From the NCBI GenBank assembly GCA_963770835.1, contig CAVYRH010000019.1, forward strand, positions 128,001-192,000: a DNA stretch of 64,000 bases, read 5' to 3'. Origin of the DNA: an uncultured Pseudomonadota bacterium. Its GTDB lineage: Bacteria; Oederibacteriota; Muellerivitia; Muellerivitales; Muellerivitaceae. Numbering within the stretch: the stretch's first letter is position 1; each line of letters begins with the position of its first letter. The notes below the pieces were generated by a model. It was not told the DNA's origin. It saw nothing but the letters and a program-made list of their open reading frames with translations, and made no database searches. A program made the translations under genes and the position numbers. This document shows positions 28,602 to 38,488 of this stretch, piece by piece.

Positions 28602-28740
28602 GAACTTTCCTTGAAACGAAAAAGGCCCGAACGAGGGTCCGGGCTCTTTAAGTGGGGCCATTTTAACATTTTTGAAAGTTTTCAGCTAAAGATTGAAAAC
28701 TTCCTTAAATTAAAGTTAAACATTCAAAATTTATAAACTG

Positions 28741-29817
28741 TCATTTATTGGCCTGGACATCGATGGAAATTTTGGACATTTCAGGATCGTTGGTAGAGAC
28801 CTCCACCTCGTCCTTTCCATCGCTGTCCTTGGGAATGTTTTTCAACACCGAAACCGACAGGGCATATTGGTCCACGCCGTTCACATTGGTCCTCACAACC
28901 GAGGGCCGCACCAAATGCTTGAGGGAATGGACGCTCCGTATGGCGAAACTCTTCGGGTTGTCCACCGTAAAGGTGACGGTCACGGGCATGTCCTGGTGGG
29001 GCGCGAAACTCAGGGTCTTGGGCTGGTATTGGACGGGCCCGACCACCTCACCCATCACAGGCACCGTCACTTCGGGCTTCTTGGCGTTGTTCGTTTTGAT
29101 CGAAATACTATCCGTGAAGCTTCCGATCGCCAGGGTAACGGGCACGTCCACTTGGATGGTGGCTCCGCTGCGGTTGGTGGAATCGTCCTTGTAAGGCGTC
29201 ACGCTGGTCACCGTCACCACATTGCCGGTGGAGACCGCCGAGAGGACTTGCAGGTCTTCCCCCGCCTTGCCCAAGACTTTCAGGGTGCTGGGGTGGGCTT
29301 GTCCATGCTTGATGTTATAAAGATAAAGCCGGTCGGGTTGTAGGTCGACGTCCCGTTCCACCGTCATGTCGAGTTGGAGCTGGAAACCGGGGTTGGCCGG
29401 GTCATTGCAGGAAACGGTGATGAACTTGGTAGCATGGCCGGGCCTGCCGTTGGTGTGGTAGGTGGCGACGATGTTGTCGAATCCGCCGGGGGGAATCACG
29501 GCGGTAAACCCTTGGGCCTTATCCTCGGGTGGGACGGGGTATTTGCTCCCCGCCACGGCGGCCGTGCAGCCGCAGGAAGTGGAAACGCTCTTGATCTTCA
29601 GTGTGCCTTTTCCCCTGTTCACAACACGGAACTTATGAACGATATCCGGCCCCTCGTCCACGTTGCCGAAGTCGAACTTGGGCTTGCCACAGGTAATTTG
29701 GGGCGCATGGGCTTTGTCCACTGTGGGCGTGGGAGCGGAACCCGTCGTACCAGCCGCCTGGGCCAGGGCCAGGGTGGGCATCATTAAAAAAGCCAAGATC
29801 CGGTAAGAAAATTTCAT
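28741..29817 (-). CDS. Secreted DUF1573-domain (Ig-like) protein
   Basis: Signal peptide; FDFG, F..N.G...L.I..V.TSCGCT. Confidence 0.85.
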   Translation of the reverse strand: MKFSYRILAFLMMPTLALAQAAGTTGSAPTPTVDKAHAPQITCGKPKFDFGNVDEGPDIVHKFRVVNRGKGTLKIKSVSTSCGCTAAVAGSKYPVPPEDKAQGFTAVIPPGGFDNIVATYHTNGRPGHATKFITVSCNDPANPGFQLQLDMTVERDVDLQPDRLYLYNIKHGQAHPSTLKVLGKAGEDLQVLSAVSTGNVVTVTSVTPYKDDSTNRSGATIQVDVPVTLAIGSFTDSISIKTNNAKKPEVTVPVMGEVVGPVQYQPKTLSFAPHQDMPVTVTFTVDNPKSFAIRSVHSLKHLVRPSVVRTNVNGVDQYALSVSVLKNIPKDSDGKDEVEVSTNDPEMSKISIDVQANK

Positions 29818-30015
29818 ACAAAAACCTCCAAGAGTGCCGATTAACGGAATTACCGTTGTTACGTCGTTCCGCCCGTCCCCGGGGGAGCGACTATCCTAAT
29901 TTTTCCGGGGTTCTTTTACCATAAATAAGTGGTGGATGAAAAGGGGGAAGATCATGGAGCCCTAGGGGCGGGGCCCATAGTACCGGGGCCACTAAGTCCT
30001 TCCGTTGGTATAAAT

Positions 30016-30900
30016 TTAAAGAACTCCCCCGAAAAAGGCCAGGCCCAAGGCAAACCAGACCAAACGTCCGTGCCAACTGGGGTCCATCATGTATTTCCGA
30101 AAGGCTTCCCAGCCATAACCGGCCATCCAAACGAGAACCCACTTGATAATTTCCACTTCCAATTCCGAAACGTAATTCCCGCCGCCCCAAAAGAGGAATC
30201 CGGCGGTCAAAAGAAACAGCGGGGACAGAACGTGACGAAAGGTCCCTTTCCACTTTGGGTCGAAGGCCACCAACCCCAGCCAGCCCAATAAAAAAAAGGA
30301 AAAAAAGCGGCTTCCAACCATTAGGTCATAAAGGTCAAGCCAGAAGTACTGGAGGTAAACCCAACCCTTGAAGGCAAGGAAAAAGCCCAGGCCCGCGGCC
30401 AATCCCCCCCATCGTACCCAGGCAGCGTTCTGGAACCGCTTGGCGGGCGCCGTTAAAAAGGCCAGGGGAAGGAGAAAGGAAAATTTGAAGAGCCAAATGA
30501 GGGCGGCCCAAACCAGCACCAAAGGCAGGAGGAGCTTTTTCCCGTCGGGCAGGGCCAGGATGAGGATTTCCGCCCCCAAGAAAAGGACCAGCCAAACCCA
30601 GTAACGGTACTCGAACATAGCGCACAGGTCCCACTGAAAGCGGGAAACGGCCAGCCAGGAAAGCGGGAACATCCCGAGGAAATAAAAGCCGCGGAGGCGG
30701 GAAAGCGTGTAAAGGAGGGCTGCCTCCGACAACAAAACGATCCCCTTAGCGAAAATCAGTCCCGAGAGGGGCGTGCCACTGGCGACGTGGGTGTATTGCT
30801 CTCCAATCCACAGGCCCAAGGCGGGAACCAGCCAAATCCAATTCAAGTGGGGGATGATGGAATCCGGCAGGAAACCCGGAAGGACTTTCGTTTTTTTCAC
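30016..30900 (-). CDS. Hypothetical polytopic membrane protein (start uncertain)
   Basis: Long Trp/Leu/Phe-rich hydrophobic ORF filling the gap. Confidence 0.7.
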   Translation of the reverse strand: MKKTKVLPGFLPDSIIPHLNWIWLVPALGLWIGEQYTHVASGTPLSGLIFAKGIVLLSEAALLYTLSRLRGFYFLGMFPLSWLAVSRFQWDLCAMFEYRYWVWLVLFLGAEILILALPDGKKLLLPLVLVWAALIWLFKFSFLLPLAFLTAPAKRFQNAAWVRWGGLAAGLGFFLAFKGWVYLQYFWLDLYDLMVGSRFFSFFLLGWLGLVAFDPKWKGTFRHVLSPLFLLTAGFLFWGGGNYVSELEVEIIKWVLVWMAGYGWEAFRKYMMDPSWHGRLVWFALGLAFFGGVL

Positions 30901-31027
30901 CGGCAGATTGTAACAAGCGGGATATTTTTTCCAAAGTCCATTCAACGTCCAAGCGGGGGGGTGCTTGGAATTTCCGGGGCCCCAATTTATTTTGATTTTA
31001 AGACGAACCCAAGGTTAAGATAACACT

Positions 31028-32176
31028 ATGTTCCCGCGACGCCTTTGGGCCATCCTCGCCCTATTTTTCCTCGCCGCTCCCCTCCGGGCCCAAGACGCCC
31101 ACAGCATGGGCATCGGCGGGGCGGCTACGGCGGCCCCCATGGGCATATTCGGGATTTATTGGAACCCTTCAATTCTCGCGATGCCCAGCGGATCTCCATC
31201 CGGGTGGACCTTCGCCTCCGGCTTTTCCGCCTTCGACACCAGCAATTCCGGCCAACCCATCATCCATTTCCAGCCAAGCAATGCCCTTCAATCCACCCAG
31301 GACCCCATCCAGCGTTACCAACAATACCTTGGGCTTTTCGGGGTGAAATATCTCAACGCCGCCGGCGGGGTGGTTTACGACCAGGAGTTCAACTATCTAG
31401 CTTCCCAAGGCGCCCTGCAGTTTTTTAATGACAGGAACAATAGAAATCTCTCAACGTCCCCCTACAACCTCAACTTCCAGCAAACCAACCAGCAAATCGC
31501 CAATTTAGTGCTCAGTTTGGGCATGCCTCTTCCCATCGGCAACCTGCAAATGTTTACCGTCGGAGCAAGCCTTAAGTACCACGACGGGTTGTGGTACCAG
31601 CAGACTTCGCTGACCGGCACTTACACCCAGGGAACTCCCGGCGGCTATACCTACACGAAAACAACCTCGAATACAGGGCTGGGCTTGAGCATCGACGGAG
31701 GTTTGCTGGCCAAATTCACTGACGCCCTGCAGGTCGGTTTGATGTTAGAGAACTTAACCTCCAACTTCACTTGGCAGGCCACCCAGCAGAATTACCAATT
31801 GGATTCCTCTGGCACCGAGTCCCCCTTAGGGCCCTCCCAAAGTGTGACCATCTCCGCGCCTTTCCCTTATGCCACTAAATTGGGCCTGATATTCACCCCA
31901 CCGGGCAATAACGTGGGCGTGGAAGGGCAAGTGTCCTGGTCCGAGCATCAAACCCGCTGGAGCGCCGGATTGGAACACTTTTACCCGGAGTCCCACCTAA
32001 TTGTTCGTTTGGGAACCTTCGCCGACGAAATTTCCAACCAGCAAATGTGGTGCTTCGGAATAGGCTACTTGACCAAAGTCGTAGTCGTCGACGCTTCTTT
32101 CCTCACCCGCAGCATCCCCGATCTTCAGGATTCCATCTCCCTTGGAGGAGCCTTGGATGTGGTGGTCAGTTTCTAG
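31028..32176 (+). CDS. Outer-membrane beta-barrel protein (FadL/PorV/TraF-like)
   Basis: Signal peptide, A.SMGIGGA..A...YWNPS motif, C-terminal Phe. Confidence 0.8.
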   Translation: MFPRRLWAILALFFLAAPLRAQDAHSMGIGGAATAAPMGIFGIYWNPSILAMPSGSPSGWTFASGFSAFDTSNSGQPIIHFQPSNALQSTQDPIQRYQQYLGLFGVKYLNAAGGVVYDQEFNYLASQGALQFFNDRNNRNLSTSPYNLNFQQTNQQIANLVLSLGMPLPIGNLQMFTVGASLKYHDGLWYQQTSLTGTYTQGTPGGYTYTKTTSNTGLGLSIDGGLLAKFTDALQVGLMLENLTSNFTWQATQQNYQLDSSGTESPLGPSQSVTISAPFPYATKLGLIFTPPGNNVGVEGQVSWSEHQTRWSAGLEHFYPESHLIVRLGTFADEISNQQMWCFGIGYLTKVVVVDASFLTRSIPDLQDSISLGGALDVVVSF

Positions 32177-32184
32177 CCCCGGGC

Positions 32185-33363
32185 TTAAAGGTTTTGGGCT
32201 TTGATCCTCACAAAAACAACCCCATGCGAAGGCACATCCGCCGCGTAGCTTTCCTCAAAGTCTCCCAAGTCGCGGTGGGCCCAAAGGTCCCGGACTTCCC
32301 TCTTTCCCGGCTTCAAACCCAGGTCCGTCCAGTCCACTTCAATCTTGGCGGCCTTCGGACCCCGGTTGAAAAGACAAACGGCCCAATCGCCGCCGCTTAA
32401 GGGCCTGGCCCAGACTTCGCGCCCCTCCCACAGATTCTTCAGGCGTTTTCCTTGGCGCCCAGCCGAGTCCTGATCCACCGCAATGGCTTCCTGGTTGAGG
32501 AGTATTTTCTTAGTCTGCGGGGTCATTTTCTGCAGGTCATTTCCCGCGATCAGCGGCGCGGCCAGAATGCACCAGAGGCTGAAGTGGGAGCGGCATTCGT
32601 CCACCGTCAGGCTGCCGTTGCCGACTTGCAGCATGTCGGCGTCGTTCCAACCTCCGGGCCCGGCATAGGCTTCCAGGCCGGTTTGTTTGTACAGATCAAC
32701 GATAAGCCCCCCTCCGCCCCAGGACACCCGGCAGTCCCAGCAAGGCAGAAGATCCCCCGCCGTGCGCCAGAGTTGGCCGGTCTTCGGCCCCCAAATCCAG
32801 GGTTTGTCCACGCCCCAATCGCAGATGGAAAGCACCATGGGACGCCCGCTTTCCCGGATACCGTCCCGGAATAGGGCGTATTGGGTCTTGGGGTCCAACC
32901 CCTGGGTGTAGCACCAATCCACCTTGACGTAATCCACGCCCCAGGAGGCATAGGTGGCCATGTCCTTCTTTTCGTAGCCGAGGCTTCCCGGCCGCCCGCC
33001 ACAGGTCTTGGTCCCAGCGCAGGTATAGATACCGAATTTGAGACCTTTGGAATGGATGTAATCGCCCAGGGCCTTCATGCCTGAGGGAAAATGGGCTGGA
33101 TCAGCCTGGATGACACCGTTGGAGTCCCGGCTGACCTGCCAACCGTCGTCCAGGTTGAGGTAGACATAACCCGCGTCCCTCAAGCCCGAGCTCACCATGA
33201 GGTCGGCGGTCTGTCGGAGGACACTTTCATTGATATTCACTGAAAAAGCGTTCCAGCTGTTCCAACCCATGGGCGGAGTCTTGGCTAATTCTTCGGCCCA
33301 GGCGGTTTCCCAGTGGAGAAGCAACAATACAGAAATCAAAATGAACATCCTAGAAAGTTTCAC
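32185..33363 (-). CDS. Secreted alpha-galactosidase, GH27
   Basis: LAKTPPMGWNSWN, LDDGW, GVDYVKVDWC, WNDADML; GTG start after GGGGAGG. Confidence 0.95.
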   Translation of the reverse strand: MKLSRMFILISVLLLLHWETAWAEELAKTPPMGWNSWNAFSVNINESVLRQTADLMVSSGLRDAGYVYLNLDDGWQVSRDSNGVIQADPAHFPSGMKALGDYIHSKGLKFGIYTCAGTKTCGGRPGSLGYEKKDMATYASWGVDYVKVDWCYTQGLDPKTQYALFRDGIRESGRPMVLSICDWGVDKPWIWGPKTGQLWRTAGDLLPCWDCRVSWGGGGLIVDLYKQTGLEAYAGPGGWNDADMLQVGNGSLTVDECRSHFSLWCILAAPLIAGNDLQKMTPQTKKILLNQEAIAVDQDSAGRQGKRLKNLWEGREVWARPLSGGDWAVCLFNRGPKAAKIEVDWTDLGLKPGKREVRDLWAHRDLGDFEESYAADVPSHGVVFVRIKAQNL

Positions 33364-33406
33364 CAAACCCTCCCCAGACCGTACGATTTGCGAACCATCG
33401 AATTCC

Positions 33407-33586
33407 TTATAAAATGATAAAAAGAATGTATACACCCAATACAAGCATAGCCAAAACGATACCTTGAAGCCCAATCACCCCAAAAAAGTAAGAAATTACT
33501 ACGGTCAATAGAGACAGGATAAAAGCGACTGTTAATTTTTGTTTGAGGTTAGCTTTTTTTGGAGGTTCCTGAAAATCATTGGTCAA
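33407..33586 (-). CDS. 59-aa two-TM small membrane protein
   Basis: GGAGG-7 nt-TTG; MTNDFQEPPKKANLKQKLTVAFILSLLTVVISYFFGVIGLQGIVLAMLVLGVYILFIIL; just below the ORF cutoff; AT-rich. Confidence 0.6.
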   Translation of the reverse strand: MTNDFQEPPKKANLKQKLTVAFILSLLTVVISYFFGVIGLQGIVLAMLVLGVYILFIIL

Positions 33587-33637
33587 ACTAGTTCCTCCAC
33601 GGGTTAGACTCGAACCGACAGGCTCTGACCTTCGATC

Positions 33638-34732
33638 TTATGCTTTACCTTTGCGACCCATCATATCCAGGGCCACAGCGATAACCAGGATGCTCCCCTT
33701 GATAATGGGCTGCCAAAAGGCTTCCGTGTTCATTAAGCTCATGCCGTTATCCAGTGAAGCCATCACCAAAGCCCCCAGAATGGCTCCCCATACCGTTCCC
33801 CGGCCTCCCATAAGGGAGGTGCCGCCGATGACCGAAGCGGCGATAGCATCCAGTTCCATCATGCGGCCCGCGTCGGAGGTGGCGGAACCCACCCGAGCGG
33901 TTAGCACGATGCCCGCAACCCCCACCATGGCACCCATAAGGGTGAAGACGAGAACAATGTGCCGGTTGATGTTGATGCCGGAATAAAAGGCGGCCTCCCG
34001 GTTGCCGCCGATGGCGTAAAGGTGCCGTCCGAAGGGTGTCTGTTGGGCCACAATAGAAAAGGCCGCCGCGAAGATAATCATCAACACCACCGGGAAAGGG
34101 ATGCCTTCATAGGCGTTCATCACCGTGATGAAAACCGCCACCACAGCCAGCAACCCGAGCCATTTGAGCTTGGCCGAAGCTGCCTTGCCTTTAAAGGCTC
34201 GATAGAGGAAGAAAAGAGCCACAACCCCGAAAGCCGCCCAGCCAAATGCATTGGCAACGTGGGCCTGGCCCACGTAAAGATAATCGGGGGTGGGGCTGAT
34301 GGCCACGCCACCGGTAAGGCCCAACAAAGAACCCTGGAAGATCAGCATTCCCCCCAAGGTTACAATGAAAGGCGGGATGTTGAACCAGGTGACCAAATGC
34401 CCCTGGATATGCCCCAATAACGCACCCAGAAGAATAGTGACCGCAAAAGTGGCCCAAAGGGGCCAGTTGTGATTGACGAATAATATGGCCGAAACTGCGC
34501 CCAGGAAGCCCGTCATGGCCCCCACCGAAAGGTCGATTTGGCCCGCCACAATAACCAGCACCATGCCGATGGCCAGGATGGCCGTGACCGACATCTGCCG
34601 CATCAGGAGCGACAGGTTCCGGGGTTCCAAGAAGATGCCGCCCGTGGTGATGGAGAAGATGACCCAAATCAAAAGTAACGCCCCTACCATTGTCAATGCG
34701 CGCCAGGGGATTTGAACTCTAGTGTCTTTCAT
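33638..34732 (-). CDS. xylH: Monosaccharide ABC permease (XylH-like)
   Basis: GQIDLSVG, IPPFIVTLGG, FGRHLYAIGGNREAA, ELDAIAASVIGGTSL. Confidence 0.85.
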   Translation of the reverse strand: MKDTRVQIPWRALTMVGALLLIWVIFSITTGGIFLEPRNLSLLMRQMSVTAILAIGMVLVIVAGQIDLSVGAMTGFLGAVSAILFVNHNWPLWATFAVTILLGALLGHIQGHLVTWFNIPPFIVTLGGMLIFQGSLLGLTGGVAISPTPDYLYVGQAHVANAFGWAAFGVVALFFLYRAFKGKAASAKLKWLGLLAVVAVFITVMNAYEGIPFPVVLMIIFAAAFSIVAQQTPFGRHLYAIGGNREAAFYSGININRHIVLVFTLMGAMVGVAGIVLTARVGSATSDAGRMMELDAIAASVIGGTSLMGGRGTVWGAILGALVMASLDNGMSLMNTEAFWQPIIKGSILVIAVALDMMGRKGKA

Positions 34733-35124
34733 TTCTTCTCTCTTTCCCCTCTCCCCTTGCGGGAGAGGGTCAGGGTGAGGGGTGGTTTCCTCGGATTTTT
34801 CCGAATTTGTTCCAAAGCAGCTTCAATATTCGCCAGAACTTCGTTGTTCCAAAACCGAATTACTTTATAACCTGATTTTTGAAGATATTCTGTCCTTTTG
34901 GAATCTTCTTCCTGAGTTAAAGCATGTTGACCGCCATCCAATTCTATGACCAATCTTTTCTCAAATGAACAAAAGTCAACAACGTAGGGGCTTAACGGTT
35001 GCTGCCGCCTAAATTTAATTCCCTGAAATTCCCTCGAACGCAAGAAACGCCATATCTTTTTTTCGGCGTCGGTCTGATTTCGCCGAAGTTTCCTAGCAAT
35101 ATTCTTGGGTGACCTATCAATCAT
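34729..35124 (-). CDS. DUF559 endonuclease-domain protein
   Basis: ARKLRRNQTDAE, KFRRQ, YVVDF, IELDGGQH, VIRFWNNEV. Confidence 0.92.
   Translation of the reverse strand: MIDRSPKNIARKLRRNQTDAEKKIWRFLRSREFQGIKFRRQQPLSPYVVDFCSFEKRLVIELDGGQHALTQEEDSKRTEYLQKSGYKVIRFWNNEVLANIEAALEQIRKNPRKPPLTLTLSRKGRGEREKK
34744..34783. repeat. REP-like palindromic repeat, copy at the DUF559 3' end
   Basis: TTCCCCTCTCCCCTTGCGGGAGAGGGTCAGGGTGAGGGGT. Confidence 0.9.
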
Positions 35125-35125
35125 T

Positions 35126-35163
35126 ACCCCTCACCCTACCCTCTCCCGCAAGGGGAGAGGGAA
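35126..35163. repeat. REP-like palindromic repeat, inverted copy at the DUF559 5' end
   Basis: ACCCCTCACCCTACCCTCTCCCGCAAGGGGAGAGGGAA; the reverse complement of 34744-34783 except for two 1-nt indels. Confidence 0.9.
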
Positions 35164-35182
35164 ACTTCAAAACTCCTTAAAA

Positions 35183-36934
35183 TCACCGGTCAATCCCAAG
35201 GCCGCAAACGGGACCGGCGATTTGGTTGCGGTCGATCCAGTCTTCCACGTACTCATGATACCGGGGGCTTCGCACCCGGTACAGGTTCCAGTCATTGGGG
35301 TTGGCCCCGCTATAGCCGTTCAGGGTGGGGATTCCGCGTACGGCTGAAACCAGCATGGCGTCAATCTGGAGGTTGGTGGCGTCGTAAGGAAGCCGGGGGT
35401 CCACCTCTATGTAAAAGGCATGACACTGGGGCGATAGTTTCTCGCTTAGGTATTCCAACCGGCTCAAGTCCTCCGACTTCGAAAAGGCCGGATAGGGTGG
35501 AAACCCGATCTGTTCCAACACTATGGCGCCCCCCCATAGGAACAAAAGGCCGAATAAAACGATTCGGGTGGTTTGCTTTGGGATGGCTTTTATCCGCGCC
35601 TCAAGGATTTGGAACGCGATGGCAACGGCGATGGAAAGTGGCAGGGCCAGAAAAATCACGTAACGGGAAACGGCACGGATGCTTCCGCCTCCAGGGACGA
35701 TTTTAAAGATGAACCACCAGGGAGATACATCCCCGGGGTACTTCATCCCTAAAAGGACGAAAAGAGTCGTGGCTAGGACTGCTAAGGCCGCAAAATGGAA
35801 GAAAACAAGGTTGGCCTTTTTAACAATCGGCGACTTCTTTTTCCTAAGAATCCAAACCGAAGCCAGGGTTAATAGAACCCAAGCCGCCAGGACCGACAAG
35901 CCAAATCCGTCCCTTTCTTCTATCTCCACGGGGTAATTCCGGATGGTTGAGCTAAAGTCCCACAGCCAACCCCACCAGGAATGGCGCGGGCCCATCCAAA
36001 AGAAGGACCAGGGGTCCGGAATCATTGTTTGGACTTCGCTGTAATTCTTTCCTCCCAGGTCGTGGACAACTGGGAGGTAAATCCACAAAAAAGGGACGAG
36101 CCCAAGGGCAAAAACCACCCCCGCACTTAAAAGCGGAAAGTAGTTCCGATTCCAAAGCCCTATTAGAAAATCCCGTGTGGCTTTGAAACAAAAACCAAGC
36201 GCCAGGAATAAAAAGGTCCAGAAAAGGAAGAACCAACCCGTGTAAAAGCCGCTATACAGTTGAAAATCCGCCAAGAGAGACGCCGAACCCATCAAGAAAA
36301 AGGTTTCGCGGCTGGAGGTTTTTCCGCTCCTCTTCACCCATTCGACCACTAGCCATACCGCCAACGGGAGGAGAAACAGGCATTGCAGTTGGGGATGGCT
36401 GATCTGGTTGAACTTGGGCGCGTTAAAGGCAAAAAGGAACGCCCCTAGCGACGAAGCGGCAACACTTCGCCCCAAACCCCGGTTCAGCAACAGGAATCCA
36501 CAGATGTAATTGAGCAAGCTGAACAGAACTCCGCAAACCTGGTAGCAGGAAAAGATGTCCAACCCAATGCTTCGAAGGACCCCATAGGGGATGAGATAAC
36601 TCAAAAAAATGTCGGCGTACCCGAGGGTGCCTTGGGCGGGGTAATAGAAGGCGGGTGACCGCAACGAGCCTTCCCCTTTGAGGGCGTGGTAGGAATACTC
36701 GAGAAGCGCCGTCACGAGCCGGTTGTCCCCCCGGGCCCCCGGCACGAGGTCGAAGTTAGAATAAAACTCGACGTTGTGGAATTGCCACAGGCCCAATAAG
36801 CCGAGCCCCACCATAAGCGCCCAAGAAATAACCTGACTTGAGAACTCCTGACCAGAAGTTGAAATATTGAAGGTTTTTTTTTCTTTTTTCTTGGCGTCTT
36901 GGCGTCTTAGCGGTGGATTTGAAGTCATGTTCAT
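35183..36934 (-). CDS. Polytopic membrane protein, YfhO/GT-C-like
   Basis: GD after the first TM, FYYPAQGTLGYAD, IRAVSR, PTLNGYSG; many TM segments. Confidence 0.75.
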   Translation of the reverse strand: MNMTSNPPLRRQDAKKKEKKTFNISTSGQEFSSQVISWALMVGLGLLGLWQFHNVEFYSNFDLVPGARGDNRLVTALLEYSYHALKGEGSLRSPAFYYPAQGTLGYADIFLSYLIPYGVLRSIGLDIFSCYQVCGVLFSLLNYICGFLLLNRGLGRSVAASSLGAFLFAFNAPKFNQISHPQLQCLFLLPLAVWLVVEWVKRSGKTSSRETFFLMGSASLLADFQLYSGFYTGWFFLFWTFLFLALGFCFKATRDFLIGLWNRNYFPLLSAGVVFALGLVPFLWIYLPVVHDLGGKNYSEVQTMIPDPWSFFWMGPRHSWWGWLWDFSSTIRNYPVEIEERDGFGLSVLAAWVLLTLASVWILRKKKSPIVKKANLVFFHFAALAVLATTLFVLLGMKYPGDVSPWWFIFKIVPGGGSIRAVSRYVIFLALPLSIAVAIAFQILEARIKAIPKQTTRIVLFGLLFLWGGAIVLEQIGFPPYPAFSKSEDLSRLEYLSEKLSPQCHAFYIEVDPRLPYDATNLQIDAMLVSAVRGIPTLNGYSGANPNDWNLYRVRSPRYHEYVEDWIDRNQIAGPVCGLGIDR

Positions 36935-38445
36935 GCTTTAAGCGCCGCGGCGGCTAGGACTCTCTCCGGCGTCGCTTCCCCGGCTTCCAATTTTGCCGTC
37001 ATCCGGCCCTGGTTGAGAACCAAAACCCGGTGGCTGAGCCCCAGAATTTCCGGGAGGTCGGAGGAAACCAGCACAATGCCGATCCCTTGGGAGGCCAGTT
37101 GTCCCATGAGCTCGTAAATTTCAGCTTTTGCGCCCACGTCAATACCGCGGGTGGGCTCGTCCAAGAAAAGGACTTTGGGCCGGGTCATCAGCCATTTCCC
37201 CAGGACCACCTTTTGCTGGTTGCCCCCGGAAAGTTTGTTAACCCAGGAGGAAAGGCTAGGCGTCTTGATGCGCATGGCCTTGACCTGGGTTTCACATTCG
37301 CGCTCGATGGCCGGCTGGTCCAAAAAGCCGTGTTTGGACAGCTTGCGCATGAAGGCCAGAATAAGGTTTTCCTCTACGGGGCTTTCCAAGACTAGGCCAT
37401 ATTTTTTGCGGTCCTCGCTCACCAGGGCCAACCCCGCCCTAATAGCTTGTTCGGGCGAAGAAAAAGGTAATTGAGGATTCCCCTCGACTACCAATGTTCC
37501 CCCCACCTTTCCCCGGGCGGCCCCAAAGAGCGAGCTTAAGAGGGCCGTCCGGCCCGCGCCCATGAGCCCCGCGACGCCCAGCACTTCCCCGGCGTGGACC
37601 TCGAAAGAAACGTCCTTCACCACGTAACGGCCGGGATTGGCGGGGTCTTCCACGCTGAAGCCTTGAACGGCCAGCAAAACCGGACCGGCGGTGGTTCGGG
37701 GCCGGGGATAGAGGTTTTTGACCTCACGGCCCACCATGTTGGCGATGATCTTTTCCTGACTCAACTGGGATACGGGCGCGGTGATGATGGATTTTCCGTC
37801 GCGCAAAACCGTCACCCGGTCGGCGATTTGGCCCACTTCCTCCAGCCGGTGGCTGATGTAAATGGCGGAAACGCCTTGCTTCCTTAACTGCCTCAAGAAT
37901 TCCAACAGCCGGGCGGTGTCGGCTTCGGTAAGGGCCGCCGTGGGCTCATCCAAGACCAGGATTTCGGCTTTCTTGGAAAGGGCCTTGGCGATCTCGATCA
38001 TTTGCTGTTGGCCGATGCCCAATTGCCGAATGGGTGTATCCAGGCCCACTTTGAGCGCCACCAAGTCCAGGGCCTTTTGGGCCTCCCGGTGGACTTCTCC
38101 CCATTGGATAAAGCCACCTTTGACGGGCCAGCGGCCCAAAAGCAGGTTTTCGGCCACGCTAAGCTCTGGCACCAGGGCCAGTTCCTGGGCGATGAGGGCG
38201 ATACCCTTTTCCTCGGAAGCCTTCAGGTCCTTAAATTGAACCGGCTGGTTGTTCAGCAGGACTTCCCCGCCGTAGGAGCCGTAGGGGTGGTAGCCGCAGA
38301 GGATCTTGATGAGGGTGCTCTTGCCTGCCCCGTTTTCCCCGCAAAGGGCATGGATCTCGCCCTTCTCCAGGTCGAAAGAGACGCCGTCCAGGGCCCGCAC
38401 ACCCGGAAAATCCTTGGTGATGTTTTTAAGTTCAAGAAGAGGCAT
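36931..38445 (-). CDS. xylG: Monosaccharide ABC ATP-binding protein (XylG-like)
   Basis: GENGAGKSTL, LSGGNQQKV, DEPTRGIDVGAK; two NBD halves. Confidence 0.88.
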   Translation of the reverse strand: MPLLELKNITKDFPGVRALDGVSFDLEKGEIHALCGENGAGKSTLIKILCGYHPYGSYGGEVLLNNQPVQFKDLKASEEKGIALIAQELALVPELSVAENLLLGRWPVKGGFIQWGEVHREAQKALDLVALKVGLDTPIRQLGIGQQQMIEIAKALSKKAEILVLDEPTAALTEADTARLLEFLRQLRKQGVSAIYISHRLEEVGQIADRVTVLRDGKSIITAPVSQLSQEKIIANMVGREVKNLYPRPRTTAGPVLLAVQGFSVEDPANPGRYVVKDVSFEVHAGEVLGVAGLMGAGRTALLSSLFGAARGKVGGTLVVEGNPQLPFSSPEQAIRAGLALVSEDRKKYGLVLESPVEENLILAFMRKLSKHGFLDQPAIERECETQVKAMRIKTPSLSSWVNKLSGGNQQKVVLGKWLMTRPKVLFLDEPTRGIDVGAKAEIYELMGQLASQGIGIVLVSSDLPEILGLSHRVLVLNQGRMTAKLEAGEATPERVLAAAALKA

Positions 38446-38488
38446 TACAACCCTTTAAAAAGTCGTAAACCATCCCAACTCTCAATGG

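Noticed and set aside
33590..33625. tRNA T-arm-like GTCGGTTCGAGTCTAAC on the minus strand (possible att remnant)
   Set aside because: Mismatched stem, no D or anticodon arm, no CCA, and no integrase nearby.
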